A stretch of 64,000 nt of DNA from an uncultured Gammaproteobacteria bacterium (GTDB lineage Bacteria; Pseudomonadota; Gammaproteobacteria; UBA9214): contig CAWHCQ010000040.1 of the NCBI GenBank assembly GCA_963827755.1, positions 39,716 to 103,715 of the forward strand, written 5' to 3'. Shown here piece after piece: positions 23,451-35,271 of the stretch (its first letter is position 1; each line of letters opens with the position of its first letter). The translations under genes were made by a program, and so were the position numbers. The notes under the pieces were generated by a model. That model made no database searches. It was not told where the DNA came from and saw nothing but the letters and a program-made list of their open reading frames with translations.

Positions 23451-24681
23451 GGGACTCCGTAATATCGACGACATTGCCGTGCCTGCGACTGCCTGACAGG
23501 CGCCCGGCAATCACTTCAATCAATTGTCTTGCCAGCTTGTTTTTGCCGGTACGGGCAAGCGTGACGGAACCGCCCTTCCAGTACACCTGCAGGGCATTTT
23601 CTTCCTGATCAAAGCCGAGCTGCGGACCCACCTCGTTGGCCGCAATCATATCGACGCCCTTGGCTTCCAGCTTGCCCCGGGCATTCGCTTCCAGGGCCTC
23701 GGTCTCGGCGGCAAAACCGACCGTGAACGGACCATTGGGGAGCGCGGCCACGGCCGCCAGGATATCCGGATTACGCGCTAATTCCAGGGTCATTGTATCC
23801 CCGGACTTCTTGAGCTTCTGCCCCGCCACCCGAATGGGCCGGTAATCGGCAACCGCTGCCACAGCGATAAAAACATCATTGCCTGCGGCCTGTTCGATGA
23901 CGCATTCATGCATCGCCAGGGCCGTCTCCACATCGATGCGTTGCACATGCGGCGGCGTCTCCAGGCCTGCCGGGCCGCTGACCAGCGTGACCTGCGCCCC
24001 GGCCTCGGCGGCAGCGGCGGCAATCGCAAAGCCCATGCGCCCTGAACTGCGGTTGCTGATATAACGCACCGGGTCGATCGGCTCACGCGTCGGCCCCGCC
24101 GTTACCAGCACCCTTGTGCCTGCCAACACCCCGCTGTGGAGCATGCCGGACAGTGCACTGACCAGCGCATCCACCTCGAGCAGGCGACCCGGGCCGGTTT
24201 CACCGCAGGCCTGCAGGCCGTCTGCCGGGCCCAGCAGGCGCACACCCCGATCCTGCAAGGTGGCGACATTGGCCTGCGTGGCAGGCTGTTCCCACATGAC
24301 GCGGTTCATCGCCGGCGCGACGCCGAGCGGCGCATCACAGGCCAGGCACACGGCTGCCAGCAGGTCATCCGCACGGCCCTGCACCAGCCGGGCAATAAAA
24401 TCCGCCGTCGCCGGAGCAACCAGCAGGACATCCGCCCAGCGCGCCAGCTCGATGTGCCCCATGGCGGCCTCGGCCCCGCTGTCGAGCAGTTCACTGTGCA
24501 CCGGGTGTCCCGACAGCGCCTGCAGGGTGAGTGGCGTGATAAATTCCCCCGCGGCACGGGTCATGACCACGCGCACCATGGCCCCCTGCTCACGCAGCTG
24601 CCGAACCAGCTCGGCGCTCTTGTAGGCCGCGATGCCGCCGGTTACGCCCAGCAGAATGTGTTTTCCGGATAAAGTGTTCAT
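23431..24681 (-). CDS. coaBC: Phosphopantothenoylcysteine decarboxylase/ligase
   Basis: [46 protein letters not shown]. Confidence 0.97.
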   Translation of the reverse strand: MNTLSGKHILLGVTGGIAAYKSAELVRQLREQGAMVRVVMTRAAGEFITPLTLQALSGHPVHSELLDSGAEAAMGHIELARWADVLLVAPATADFIARLVQGRADDLLAAVCLACDAPLGVAPAMNRVMWEQPATQANVATLQDRGVRLLGPADGLQACGETGPGRLLEVDALVSALSGMLHSGVLAGTRVLVTAGPTREPIDPVRYISNRSSGRMGFAIAAAAAEAGAQVTLVSGPAGLETPPHVQRIDVETALAMHECVIEQAAGNDVFIAVAAVADYRPIRVAGQKLKKSGDTMTLELARNPDILAAVAALPNGPFTVGFAAETEALEANARGKLEAKGVDMIAANEVGPQLGFDQEENALQVYWKGGSVTLARTGKNKLARQLIEVIAGRLSGSRRHGNVVDITESHAKDSA

Positions 24682-24734
24682 GGATAAGGAGTTTAACAGA
24701 ATATTCTGCACAACCCTGCAATCGCAGGGTATCA

Positions 24735-24870
24735 ATGAAGTGCGAGTGAGTTGTGAGCGGATGACGCGTGAACGAGACGTGGTGGTGATCCGTCCGAGTG
24801 AGACGTGCGATGTGATCGACGTGAGGAGCGGGTAAAGGTGATCACTGATCACGCTGACGTTCACTTCCGT
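24735..24870. repeat. Degenerate GTGAG-rich short tandem repeat
   Basis: Recurrent gtgag/gagacgtg/gtgat units followed by complementary tcac units. Confidence 0.45.
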
Positions 24871-24886
24871 CTTTCAGGCAGGCAAT

Positions 24887-24911
24887 AAAAAACCCGGCGC
24901 TGCCGGGTTTT
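24887..24911 (-). terminator. Intrinsic terminator after rpmG
   Basis: Minus strand AAAACCCGGCAGCGCCGGGTTTTTT. Confidence 0.85.
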
Positions 24912-24935
24912 CTGACTCGCGCTGCATCCGGGCAG

Positions 24936-25092
24936 CTACTTGATCTTTCGCTTCCTTGTAGATGACGTGCTGGCGCACCACCGGGTCGAATTTTTTGATC
25001 TCCATCTTTTCAGGCATGTTGCGCTTGTTCTTGGTCGTCGTGTAGTAGTGACCGGTGCCGGCGCTGGAGACGAGTTTGATCTTGTCACGCAT
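24936..25092 (-). CDS. rpmG: 50S ribosomal protein L33 (apparent +1 error near the 3' end)
   Basis: [24 protein letters not shown]; removing one A restores EAKIK-stop. Confidence 0.95.
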
Positions 25093-25109
25093 GATTTTTC
25101 TCCCTGGAC

Positions 25110-25340
25110 CTATTTGCCGCGGCTGCGGATATCAGCCAGCACGGTATCAATACCCAGCTTGTCGATGATGCGCATGCCATGGGCAGATACACGCAGTTTC
25201 ACGAAGCGCTTTTCAGCCGCAACCCAGAAACGGTGCTCGTGCAGGTTCGGCAGGAAACGGCGGCGGGTTCTGTTGTTGGCGTGGGACACGTTGTTGCCGC
25301 TTTGCGGGCGTTTTCCCGTGACCTGGCATACTCTGGACAT
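25110..25340 (-). CDS. rpmB: 50S ribosomal protein L28
   Basis: [33 protein letters not shown]. Confidence 0.97.
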   Translation of the reverse strand: MSRVCQVTGKRPQSGNNVSHANNRTRRRFLPNLHEHRFWVAAEKRFVKLRVSAHGMRIIDKLGIDTVLADIRSRGK

Positions 25341-25494
25341 TGCTCTAAACCTCGTAAAAAAAGCCCGCAACTGCGGGAAGGGCGGCAATTTATACCAGAA
25401 ACAATTGCCGGATACAAGGCTGAGTACGGCCAGGCGATCCCACAAGCCTTAATACTTTCAGTGACATAGACGGAAAAACAGGCACGGCCGGTGA

Positions 25495-26172
25495 TTAAAT
25501 CAGGCCGCGTTCTGCAAATGAAACCCCGTCCCCGTCGCCAATGACCACGTGGTCGAGAATACGCACATCCACCAGCGCCAGGGCATCGATCAGTCGCCGG
25601 GTGAGCTGGATATCGGCCCGGCTGGGCTCGGCCACCCCGGACGGGTGATTGTGGGCGAGGATGATGGCGGCGGCATTGTGGTGCAACGCCCGCCGCACAA
25701 CTTCACGCGGATGAACGCTGGCCCCGTCGATGGTGCCGCGAAACAGCTCTTCAAAAATAATGATGCGGTGACGGTTGTCCAGAAACAGGCAGGCAAACAT
25801 CTCGTGGGGATGATGGCGCATGCGGCTGGCAAGGTAACGGCGCGTGGCGGCGGGGTTTTCGAGCAGATCTTCACGCTGCAACTGTTCGGCCAGATGCCGC
25901 CGTGTCATCTCGAGCATGGCCTGCAGCATAGTATATTTCGCCTCACCCAGGCCGTGCCGGGCACAGAACGCCTGCTGGTCGGCCTCAAGCAGCGGGCGCA
26001 GGCCGCCAAAATCGCCAAGCAACTCACGCGCCAGGTCAACAGCTGTTTTTCCGCTCACGCCGGTGCGCAAAAAGATCGCGAGCAACTCCGCGTCCGAGAG
26101 CGCGGCCGCACCGCGGGCAAGCAGCTTCTCCCGGGGACGCTCGCCGGCCGGCCAGTCACGGATGGAATACAT
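25495..26172 (-). CDS. radC: RadC (JAB/MPN) family protein
   Basis: [36 protein letters not shown]. Confidence 0.95.
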   Translation of the reverse strand: MYSIRDWPAGERPREKLLARGAAALSDAELLAIFLRTGVSGKTAVDLARELLGDFGGLRPLLEADQQAFCARHGLGEAKYTMLQAMLEMTRRHLAEQLQREDLLENPAATRRYLASRMRHHPHEMFACLFLDNRHRIIIFEELFRGTIDGASVHPREVVRRALHHNAAAIILAHNHPSGVAEPSRADIQLTRRLIDALALVDVRILDHVVIGDGDGVSFAERGLI

Positions 26173-26262
26173 GAGGCCATCATTGCATTTGGCCACGGTG
26201 TTTACAGCGGGAGATCACGATACGGACTGTAGGAATGGATCGCATCCTGATTTTTTCCGGTT

Positions 26263-26930
26263 TGCCCTGCGGGGCGAGGTGCTGTTCTTTGCTGCGCTCA
26301 TTTGTTGGTGCGCCTTGCAGGCGCGGTTTTATTGTATGCGGGCTCTCGCGCCCGCGCGGCGAGATACTTTTCTTTGCTCCGCCAAAGAAACGTATCCAAA
26401 AGAAAGGCGGCCCGGAGGCAGCTCGATACTCGTCTGAGCGCGGGTTCCCTGCGCTTCTCGCGAAAACCGGCGCATGCGCAACTCGCAATCTCGCTGCGCT
26501 CGAAAGCTCAAACAGGGCGCATGCTTCATCCGGTTTTCACTGCGATGCTCGGCTGCGCCTACGGGAGGGGTAGATCAAACCCCAATCGGTGAGTATGGGG
26601 GGTTGATCTACCCCTCCCGTAGCACTCACCGAGTACCGCAGCCAATCCGGGGAATAGCCGCGCACCCTGTCTGAGCTTTCGAGCGCAGCGAGATTGCGAG
26701 TTGTGCGCGGCCCCCGGATTGGCGAGGAACGCAGGGGACCGTATTAGGCAAGACAGCGTAGCTGTCTTGCCTAATACGGTGAGTGCTCCGGGTGCCTTTC
26801 TCTTTGGGTACTTTCTCTTGGGCAAGCAAGAGAAAAGTATCTCGCCGCGCGGGCGCGAGAGCCCGCATCCAATAAAACCGCGCCTGCAAGGCGCCCCAAC
26901 AAGTTAACCAGCAAAAGCAGCAAAAAAATA
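26263..26930. repeat. Large nested palindromic non-coding element, copy 1
   Basis: 26302-26373 is the near reverse complement of 26831-26902; central hairpin 26561-26620; homologous to 34499-35252. Confidence 0.9.
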
Positions 26931-26979
26931 AAAAATATCCGAGCTTGTAATCACAGGTACAAAAGCAATAATAGCCGCC

Positions 26980-27933
26980 ATGCCCAGTGAGCCACTTATC
27001 CGCGCCGAACACCTGACCCGCTATTACAGCGGCACCTGCGCCGTCAACGATGTCAGCTTTGAACTCGCCAAGGGCGAAGTCCTGGGTTTTCTCGGGCCCA
27101 ATGGTGCCGGCAAATCCAGCACCATGCAGATCATCAGCGGCAACCTGGCTCCCAGCGCCGGCAGCGTCAGCATCCTGGGTATCGACCTGCTTGATCAGCC
27201 AAAACGTGCCAAGGCCGCGATTGGCTACCTGCCCGAACGCCCCCCGGTGTACCGCGAACTCACGGTCGATGAATATCTCGATTATTGTGCACGGCTTAAC
27301 CGCATAGCACGCGGCGACAAGGCACGGGCAATCGCCACCGCCAAGGACCGCTGCGGCCTGGGAGACGTCGGCCCGCGCCTGATCGGCAACCTGTCCAAGG
27401 GCTTCCAGCAACGTGTCGGTATTGCACAGGCCATCATCCATACCCCTGCCCTGGTGATCCTGGATGAACCCACCGTGGGCCTCGACCCCAACCAGATTCG
27501 CGAGATCCGCACCCTGATCCGTGAACTCGGTGAAGACCACGGCATCATTTTATCCACGCACATCCTGCCCGAGGTACAGGCCACCTGTAACCGGGTGCAG
27601 ATTATTCACCAGGGAAGACTGGTGTTCTCAGACACCATCGAGGGGCTTGAACAGGGCCTGAACGCCAGCTCTTTCCTGGTACATTTTGAAAATGCCCCGG
27701 CGATTACCGCGCTGCAGCAGATTGCCGGCGTTGAACGCGTGGAAGCCCTTGCCGATGGCCGCTTCCGGATTCACCACGCGGATGCAAACCCCGTCGAGGC
27801 CGTACTCGAGCAGGCAGTCAGCAACCATTGGCGCCTGTGTGAACTGACACCGGAGCGCCGCACGCTGGAGCAGATCTTCGTTGAACTCACCATCTCGGAA
27901 ACACACCTGGCTACCAGCGGAGATGCCGCCTGA
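26980..27933 (+). CDS. ABC transporter ATP-binding protein (GldA-like)
   Basis: GPNGAGKS, LSKGFQQRVG, ILDEPT. Confidence 0.9.
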   Translation: MPSEPLIRAEHLTRYYSGTCAVNDVSFELAKGEVLGFLGPNGAGKSSTMQIISGNLAPSAGSVSILGIDLLDQPKRAKAAIGYLPERPPVYRELTVDEYLDYCARLNRIARGDKARAIATAKDRCGLGDVGPRLIGNLSKGFQQRVGIAQAIIHTPALVILDEPTVGLDPNQIREIRTLIRELGEDHGIILSTHILPEVQATCNRVQIIHQGRLVFSDTIEGLEQGLNASSFLVHFENAPAITALQQIAGVERVEALADGRFRIHHADANPVEAVLEQAVSNHWRLCELTPERRTLEQIFVELTISETHLATSGDAA

Positions 27934-28685
27934 TGATTTTCACCATTGCCGGGCGTGAACTGCGCAGCCTGTTCCTGTCGCCGCTGGCCTGGACCATCCT
28001 TGGCGTGGTGCAGTTCATATACGCCTACATGTTCCTTTCCCAGATCGATACCTTTCTTGGCTTGCAGTCCCGGCTTGCAACCCTTGATGGCGCGCCGGGC
28101 GTTGTCGACATCGTGGTCGCACCGTCGCTTGCGAATGCCGCCGTCCTGCTGCTGTTGATCACGCCCCTGATTACCATGCGCGTACTCAGTGAAGAACGCC
28201 GCAACAACACGCTCAGCCTGCTGTTCTCGGCGCCGGTTTCCATGACCGAGATCATTGTCGGAAAATATCTCGGTGTCCTGTCGTTCGTCCTGATCCTGAT
28301 CGGCATGCTGGCACTGATGCCACTGTCGCTGCTGGCCGGCACCGACCTCGATCTCGGCAAGCTGGCAGCCGGCCTGCTCGGCCTGACACTGGTCGTGTCC
28401 GCGTTCACGGCGATCGGCATCTTCATGTCATCGTTGACCGAACAACCGACCGTTGCCGCCATCAGCACCTTCGGCCTGTTACTGTTGCTGTGGATTCTCG
28501 ACTGGGCCGGCAGCACCGGCGCGCCTTCCAGCGGCCTGCTGGGCTACCTGTCGGTACTGCATCATTATGAGCCGCTGCTGAAAGGCCTGTTCAGCAGTGT
28601 CGACGTCATCTATTACCTGCTGGTCATCACCCTGTTTCTCGTCTTCAGCATCCGCAGGCTGGATGCGGACCGCCTGCAACACTGA
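27933..28685 (+). CDS. ABC-2 permease (GldF-like)
   Basis: RELRSLFLSP, TMRVLSEERR, GKYLG. Confidence 0.88.
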   Translation: MIFTIAGRELRSLFLSPLAWTILGVVQFIYAYMFLSQIDTFLGLQSRLATLDGAPGVVDIVVAPSLANAAVLLLLITPLITMRVLSEERRNNTLSLLFSAPVSMTEIIVGKYLGVLSFVLILIGMLALMPLSLLAGTDLDLGKLAAGLLGLTLVVSAFTAIGIFMSSLTEQPTVAAISTFGLLLLLWILDWAGSTGAPSSGLLGYLSVLHHYEPLLKGLFSSVDVIYYLLVITLFLVFSIRRLDADRLQH

Positions 28686-28691
28686 ACGCCG

Positions 28692-30053
28692 ATGAAAATT
28701 ACCCCTCATTCCCGGCTTTTGCTGCGCCTGCAAGGATATGCAACCACGCTGCTGTTTACCGTCATCATCGGCCTGCTGGCCTGGCTGAGCACGGAATACG
28801 TATACCAGGCTGACTGGACAGCCAGCAGCCGCAACACGGTATCGGAGGACACCCGCAGGCTGCTCGACAGCATGAAGCAGCCGATCAGCATTACGGCCTT
28901 CGTCCGGGAAAACACTTTGCTGCGCTCGCAAATCCGCGATGTCATCGGCAGCTACCAGCGCTTCAAGGACGACATCATCCTGGAATTCGTCAACCCGGAC
29001 ACCGCACCCGAACGCGTGCGTGAACTGGGCATCACCATGGAGGGCGAGCTGCTGGTCAGCTACCGTGGCCGCAGCGAGAACGTTCGCAGGCTGAGTGAAC
29101 AACAACTGACGAATGCCCTGTTGCGCATCTCCAGGCAGGACGAACGCTGGATTGTTTTCGTCAGCGGGCACGGCGAACGCTCGCCCTTCGGACAGGCCAA
29201 TCATGACCTCGGCCTCTTCGGCAAGGAGCTGGAGCGCAAGGGGCTTAACATACAGACCGTCAACCTTGCCGAGACCGGTATCCCGCGAAACACCCATACA
29301 CTGGTACTGGCCAGCCCGCGCGTCAGGCTGCTGCCCGGCGAAATCAGGCGCCTGCAGGACTATGTCCGGGACGGGGGTAACCTGCTATGGCTGGCAGACC
29401 CGGGTGAACTGCAGGGACTGGAACCGCTGGCCGAGCAACTCGGCATCGCGTTCCTGCCCGGCATGGTGGTGGATGCCACGGCGCAGATGTTCGGTGTGGA
29501 GAACCCGGCCTTTGTCGTCGTGACCGATTACCCGCGTCATGAAAGCACCAGCGACATGGATACGGTAACGGTATTTCCGGAAGCAGTGGCGCTTGAGATA
29601 ACCGCGACGGACACATGGAACGGCATGCCGCTGCTGCTGACACTGGAGCGCTCCTGGACCGAACTCGACAAGCTGGAGGGTGACATCGGGTTTGATCCCG
29701 GGACAGATGAACGTGCCGGCCCGCTGGATATCGGCGTTGTACTGACACGCATGGTTAGCAGCGTGGACGAGGAAGATACCAGTGAACAGCGTGTCATCGT
29801 CATCGGTGATGGTGACTTTCTCTCCAACACCTATCTTGGCAATGCCGGCAACCTGGACCTCGGCCTGAACGTGACCCACTGGCTCAGCCATGACGAGACC
29901 CTGATCGACATTCGCATCAAGTCTGCACCGGACACCTCGCTGGTACTTGGAAAGATTTCCCAGGCCTTTATCGGTCTCGGTTTCCTGCTTGGCCTGCCGG
30001 CACTGCTGCTTGTCAGCGGCATCGTCATCTGGATAAGACGGCGACGCCGTTAA
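28692..30053 (+). CDS. GldG-like ABC auxiliary protein
   Basis: DWTASSRNTVSEDT, GHGE, IGDGDFLSN, C-terminal TM plus RRRRR. Confidence 0.85.
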   Translation: MKITPHSRLLLRLQGYATTLLFTVIIGLLAWLSTEYVYQADWTASSRNTVSEDTRRLLDSMKQPISITAFVRENTLLRSQIRDVIGSYQRFKDDIILEFVNPDTAPERVRELGITMEGELLVSYRGRSENVRRLSEQQLTNALLRISRQDERWIVFVSGHGERSPFGQANHDLGLFGKELERKGLNIQTVNLAETGIPRNTHTLVLASPRVRLLPGEIRRLQDYVRDGGNLLWLADPGELQGLEPLAEQLGIAFLPGMVVDATAQMFGVENPAFVVVTDYPRHESTSDMDTVTVFPEAVALEITATDTWNGMPLLLTLERSWTELDKLEGDIGFDPGTDERAGPLDIGVVLTRMVSSVDEEDTSEQRVIVIGDGDFLSNTYLGNAGNLDLGLNVTHWLSHDETLIDIRIKSAPDTSLVLGKISQAFIGLGFLLGLPALLLVSGIVIWIRRRRR

Positions 30054-30054
30054 C

Positions 30055-30918
30055 ATGCACGCACGCAATCTGCTCAACCTTGCGCTGGTTGCCGTCGCCA
30101 TCTTCCTGGGACTGGTGGTTTACTTCAAGCCGGGGTTGCAACCCGAGCCCGCACCACAACCCCTGACGACCCTGCATGGCCCGGAGCAGGCCGGCAGTAT
30201 TCATATCGAGCGGCTCACGCGTGACCCGCTGTCGTTTACCAGGCGCGATGATCGCTGGTACCTCGTCAACGCTGAACAGGAACTGCCCGCCTCGAAATTC
30301 CAGCTGCAGGCCCTGTTGCGCCTGCTCGACGCGACCTCAACCAGCCATTACACAGCGGGCACGGTTGATCTCGAAGCCCTCGGCCTGGAACCGCCGCAGG
30401 TCACGGTGACGATTGATGACGTGAAAATCCTGCTCGGCAATACCGAACCGCTGGGCAACAGGCGCTACGCACTCATCGATGGAACGGTGCACCTGATCGA
30501 AGACCGCTACCAGCACCTCATCAATGCCGGCTGGACCAATTTCATCGAACGCAAGCTGGTCCCGGAAGGCAGGGTAATTCGCAGCCTGCAATTGCCTGAC
30601 ATGAAGCTGGCATTTACAGACAGCGGTCAATGGCAATTGTTGCCCGATAAACCGGGGGTCAGCGCCGACACAATCGCGCAACTGATCGATCACTGGAGCA
30701 ACGCCAGCGCACTTTATGCACGTCCTTACGAGAGCGGCAAGTCCGGTGAGAATATTATACTGGGCTTCGAGGACACCCCGGAAATCCTGACATTCAGGCT
30801 GGTTGCGAATTCCCCCGAGCTCGATCCTTGCGCGACCGGACCGGGGCATTCAATACCACCTCTCCGGCAGCATGGCAGCATCCCTGCTGACCCTGCAGGA
30901 TGCAGGGCGGAACAGTAG
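30055..30918 (+). CDS. DUF4340 family protein (probable +1 frameshift near 30823)
   Basis: N-terminal TM, LGLEPP; fourth gene of the Gld-like operon; shifted frame reads ILARPDRGIQYHL. Confidence 0.7.
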   Translation: MHARNLLNLALVAVAIFLGLVVYFKPGLQPEPAPQPLTTLHGPEQAGSIHIERLTRDPLSFTRRDDRWYLVNAEQELPASKFQLQALLRLLDATSTSHYTAGTVDLEALGLEPPQVTVTIDDVKILLGNTEPLGNRRYALIDGTVHLIEDRYQHLINAGWTNFIERKLVPEGRVIRSLQLPDMKLAFTDSGQWQLLPDKPGVSADTIAQLIDHWSNASALYARPYESGKSGENIILGFEDTPEILTFRLVANSPELDPCATGPGHSIPPLRQHGSIPADPAGCRAEQ

Positions 30919-30936
30919 TTTCCTGATGAGCCGGTC

Positions 30937-31752
30937 ATGCCCGAACTCCCCGAGGTAGAAACCACGCGCCGCGGTATTGCGCCACACATCACCGGGAAGA
31001 AGGTTACACGTGTCATTGTGCGCAACCCGAACCTGCGCTGGAAAGTACAAGCACGAATCGACCGTGAAATGTCGGGCCAGACCATCGATGAAGTATCACG
31101 CCGCGGCAAGTATCTGCTGCTGACAACTGCGGCCGGCAGCGCCATCCTGCATCTCGGCATGTCCGGCAGCGTGCGCCTCGTCAATGCCGACACAGCGCCG
31201 AACAAGCATGATCACATCGACATCGTATTTGCCAACAGACAGGCCCTGCGCCTTACCGACCCGCGCCGTTTCGGCAGCCTGCACTGGACACGCCGGCCTC
31301 CGCTGCAACACAAGCTGCTCTGCAACCTGGGCGTGGAACCCCTGGGCGACGCATTCAACGGGGACTACCTGTACAGGATCTCGCGCAAACGCAAGGTGGC
31401 CATCAAGCAGTTCATCATGAACAGTCACATCGTTACCGGGATCGGCAATATTTACGCCTGCGAGGCCCTGTTCATGGCCGGCATCCATCCCGGGCGTGCA
31501 GCCGGGCGCATCAGCAGGAAGAAATACGCGCTGCTTGCCGAGGTCAGCAAGGAGGTCCTCAGCGACGCCATCGCCGCAGGCGGCACAACGCTGCGCGACT
31601 ACGTCGGCGGTCACGGTCAGGCCGGCTGGTTCAAACAGGAACTGCACGTCTACGGACTGGCAGGCAAACCCTGCATCAGTTGCAGGACCCTGATACGGGA
31701 AATGCGCCAGGGTCAACGCGCAACGTTTTACTGCCCGCAATGCCAGAAATAG
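30937..31752 (+). CDS. mutM: Formamidopyrimidine-DNA glycosylase
   Basis: MPELPEVET, HLGMSG, GIGNIYA, C-terminal zinc finger. Confidence 0.97.
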   Translation: MPELPEVETTRRGIAPHITGKKVTRVIVRNPNLRWKVQARIDREMSGQTIDEVSRRGKYLLLTTAAGSAILHLGMSGSVRLVNADTAPNKHDHIDIVFANRQALRLTDPRRFGSLHWTRRPPLQHKLLCNLGVEPLGDAFNGDYLYRISRKRKVAIKQFIMNSHIVTGIGNIYACEALFMAGIHPGRAAGRISRKKYALLAEVSKEVLSDAIAAGGTTLRDYVGGHGQAGWFKQELHVYGLAGKPCISCRTLIREMRQGQRATFYCPQCQK

Positions 31753-31760
31753 TTAATTGA

Positions 31761-31914
31761 CGGATCCGCTGCGCTTGATCCGCCCTACACTAAAGGGTGA
31801 ATTCCTGTAGGCCGGGTCAAGGAGCAACGCGACGGACCCGGCATACCCCGATCGCGCTTGAGAAGCGCTCCTGCAACACACACAACACCAGCAGGAGCGG
31901 ATCTCATCCGCGAT
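31761..31914. repeat. Two REP doublets (GTAG/GCAG type) between convergent mutM and ggt
   Basis: ...gatccgccctaca / tgtaggccgggtc...gacccggca; atcgcg...gctcctgca / gcaggagcggatctcatccgcgat. Confidence 0.75.
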
Positions 31915-31926
31915 GATGCAGCTGCG

Positions 31927-33645
31927 TTAATTCCGTTGCGCCTGCCGAGCGCTCCTGCCAAGCAGTCCGACCCGGGCCTCGCCGATGCCGCGCGGATCAC
32001 TGGCAGCCGAGACCCGGCCGGTCTTGCGGTCCCAGTAAATCGCCTGCATGTTGCCGTAGGTCGAATCCAGCGGCTTCAGCCTGTGCCCGCGCGCCTCGAG
32101 TGCGCTGATTGTCGGTGCATCAAAGGCGCCCGCTTCATATTGCACCTCATCGGGCAGGTACTGATGGTGGAAGCGCGGCTGGCTGACCCAGTCTTGCGGC
32201 AGCTTGCCGTCTGCAATATCCAGGATACCGAGCAGCACCATGGTAATAATACGACTGCCACCGGGTGTACCGAGTATCGCAATGCCGGCCGGGCTTTCAA
32301 CAAAGGTTGGTGACATGCTCGAGAGCGGTCGCTTCCCGGCTGCAACGGCATTGGCCTCTGCACCGACCAGTCCATAGACGTTCGGTACACCCGGCTTTGC
32401 AGAGAAATCATCCATCTCGTCGTTCAGCAACACGCCAGTGCCGGGCGGCACCACACAGGCACCGAAGGGATAGTTGATACTCAGGGTTGCGGCAACCCGG
32501 TTACCCTCGCTGTCAAGGATGGAAAAATGGGTGGTATCGCGCCCGCCCTGCAGACTTGCACGTCCCGGCAGACTTGCACTGGGTGTTGCCGCTTCCAGCC
32601 GAATCGTTGCGCGCAGCTGCTGTGCATGGGCGGCACTCGTCAAACGCTCTAACGGCACCGTGACAAAGTCCGGATCACCGAGAAACTCGGCACGATCACG
32701 ATAGGCCCGGCGCATGGCCTCGATCATCACGTGGCGACGGGCTGCCTCGTCAAGTCCGTCGAGATCATAGCCTGAAAGAATATTCAGCATCGTTGCCAGG
32801 GCAACGCCTCCCGAAGACGGCGGTGCAACGGCGGTGATATGCATACCCCGGTATTCAAAACGAACCGGTTCACGTTCGACCACGCGATAGTCGGCAAGGT
32901 CTGCAGCACTCCAGATGCCCCCGGCAGCACGCACACCGTTCACCAGCCGTTCGGCTACCGGACCCAGGTAGAACCCGGCCCGGCCGTAACGTGCGATGGA
33001 CGCCAGCGTCGCCGCCAGGTCCGGCTGCAGAATGCGTTCACCGACTGCGGGTACTTCATTATCCACCAGGAATATTCCGGCGGCCTGTGCATCATTCTTC
33101 AGGGCAGCAAGCCGGAACCGTGCCATGCGCCGGTAGTACTCATCGACAGGAAAACCATCACGCGCGAGGCGGATGGCCGGTGCCAGTGTCCGTCTCAGCG
33201 GCAGGCGTCCGTAGTGCTCTGCGATGTGCACCAGCGCAGCCGGCTCACCCGGAATGCCGGCCGCCAGTGCACCGTCAACCGACAGGCCCGGCTCAACATC
33301 ACCGTTGGCATCAAGGTACATGGTACGGCTGGCTACCATGGGCGCCCGTTCACGGCCATCCACCATGACATCATGTCCGTCACGCTGACGGTGCAACAGC
33401 CAGAAGCCGCCGCCACCGAGCCCTGAACTGTAGGGCTCAACCACGGCCAGCGCGGCACTGACTGCAACGGCCGCATCAAAGGCATTACCGCCGACAGCGA
33501 GAACCTCCATACCGGCCCGGGTCGCCAGCGGGTGTGCACTGGCAATTGCCGGAGCGGGCGGCCGGCCGGCGACTGCACCCGCGGAAAAAACCCAAAGGAC
33601 AAACAGCAAAAAGGCCCCTGCACGGAGCCCCGAAGAACACAGCAT
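31927..33645 (-). CDS. ggt: Gamma-glutamyltransferase
   Basis: GGNAFDAAVA, TTHFS, LNDEMDDF, KRPLSSMSP, SDPRG. Confidence 0.96.
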   Translation of the reverse strand: MLCSSGLRAGAFLLFVLWVFSAGAVAGRPPAPAIASAHPLATRAGMEVLAVGGNAFDAAVAVSAALAVVEPYSSGLGGGGFWLLHRQRDGHDVMVDGRERAPMVASRTMYLDANGDVEPGLSVDGALAAGIPGEPAALVHIAEHYGRLPLRRTLAPAIRLARDGFPVDEYYRRMARFRLAALKNDAQAAGIFLVDNEVPAVGERILQPDLAATLASIARYGRAGFYLGPVAERLVNGVRAAGGIWSAADLADYRVVEREPVRFEYRGMHITAVAPPSSGGVALATMLNILSGYDLDGLDEAARRHVMIEAMRRAYRDRAEFLGDPDFVTVPLERLTSAAHAQQLRATIRLEAATPSASLPGRASLQGGRDTTHFSILDSEGNRVAATLSINYPFGACVVPPGTGVLLNDEMDDFSAKPGVPNVYGLVGAEANAVAAGKRPLSSMSPTFVESPAGIAILGTPGGSRIITMVLLGILDIADGKLPQDWVSQPRFHHQYLPDEVQYEAGAFDAPTISALEARGHRLKPLDSTYGNMQAIYWDRKTGRVSAASDPRGIGEARVGLLGRSARQAQRN

Positions 33646-33657
33646 GCCAGCGATGCC

Positions 33658-33921
<264 letters not shown>

Positions 33922-33971
33922 TTATACCTGCGAGGACAGCCGGACATAGTTCTTCAATACCAAAGATGACT

Positions 33972-35252
<1,281 letters not shown>

Positions 35253-35271
35253 CCCCAGCAAACTGCAAACG

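Noticed and set aside
25495-26172. radC as a marker of a mobile element
   Set aside because: Full-length chromosomal form next to rpmB
26180-26907. Many short ORFs over palindrome copy 1 (and 34292-35275 over copy 2)
   Set aside because: They overlap on both strands, have no protein motifs and are by-products of the GC-rich repeat
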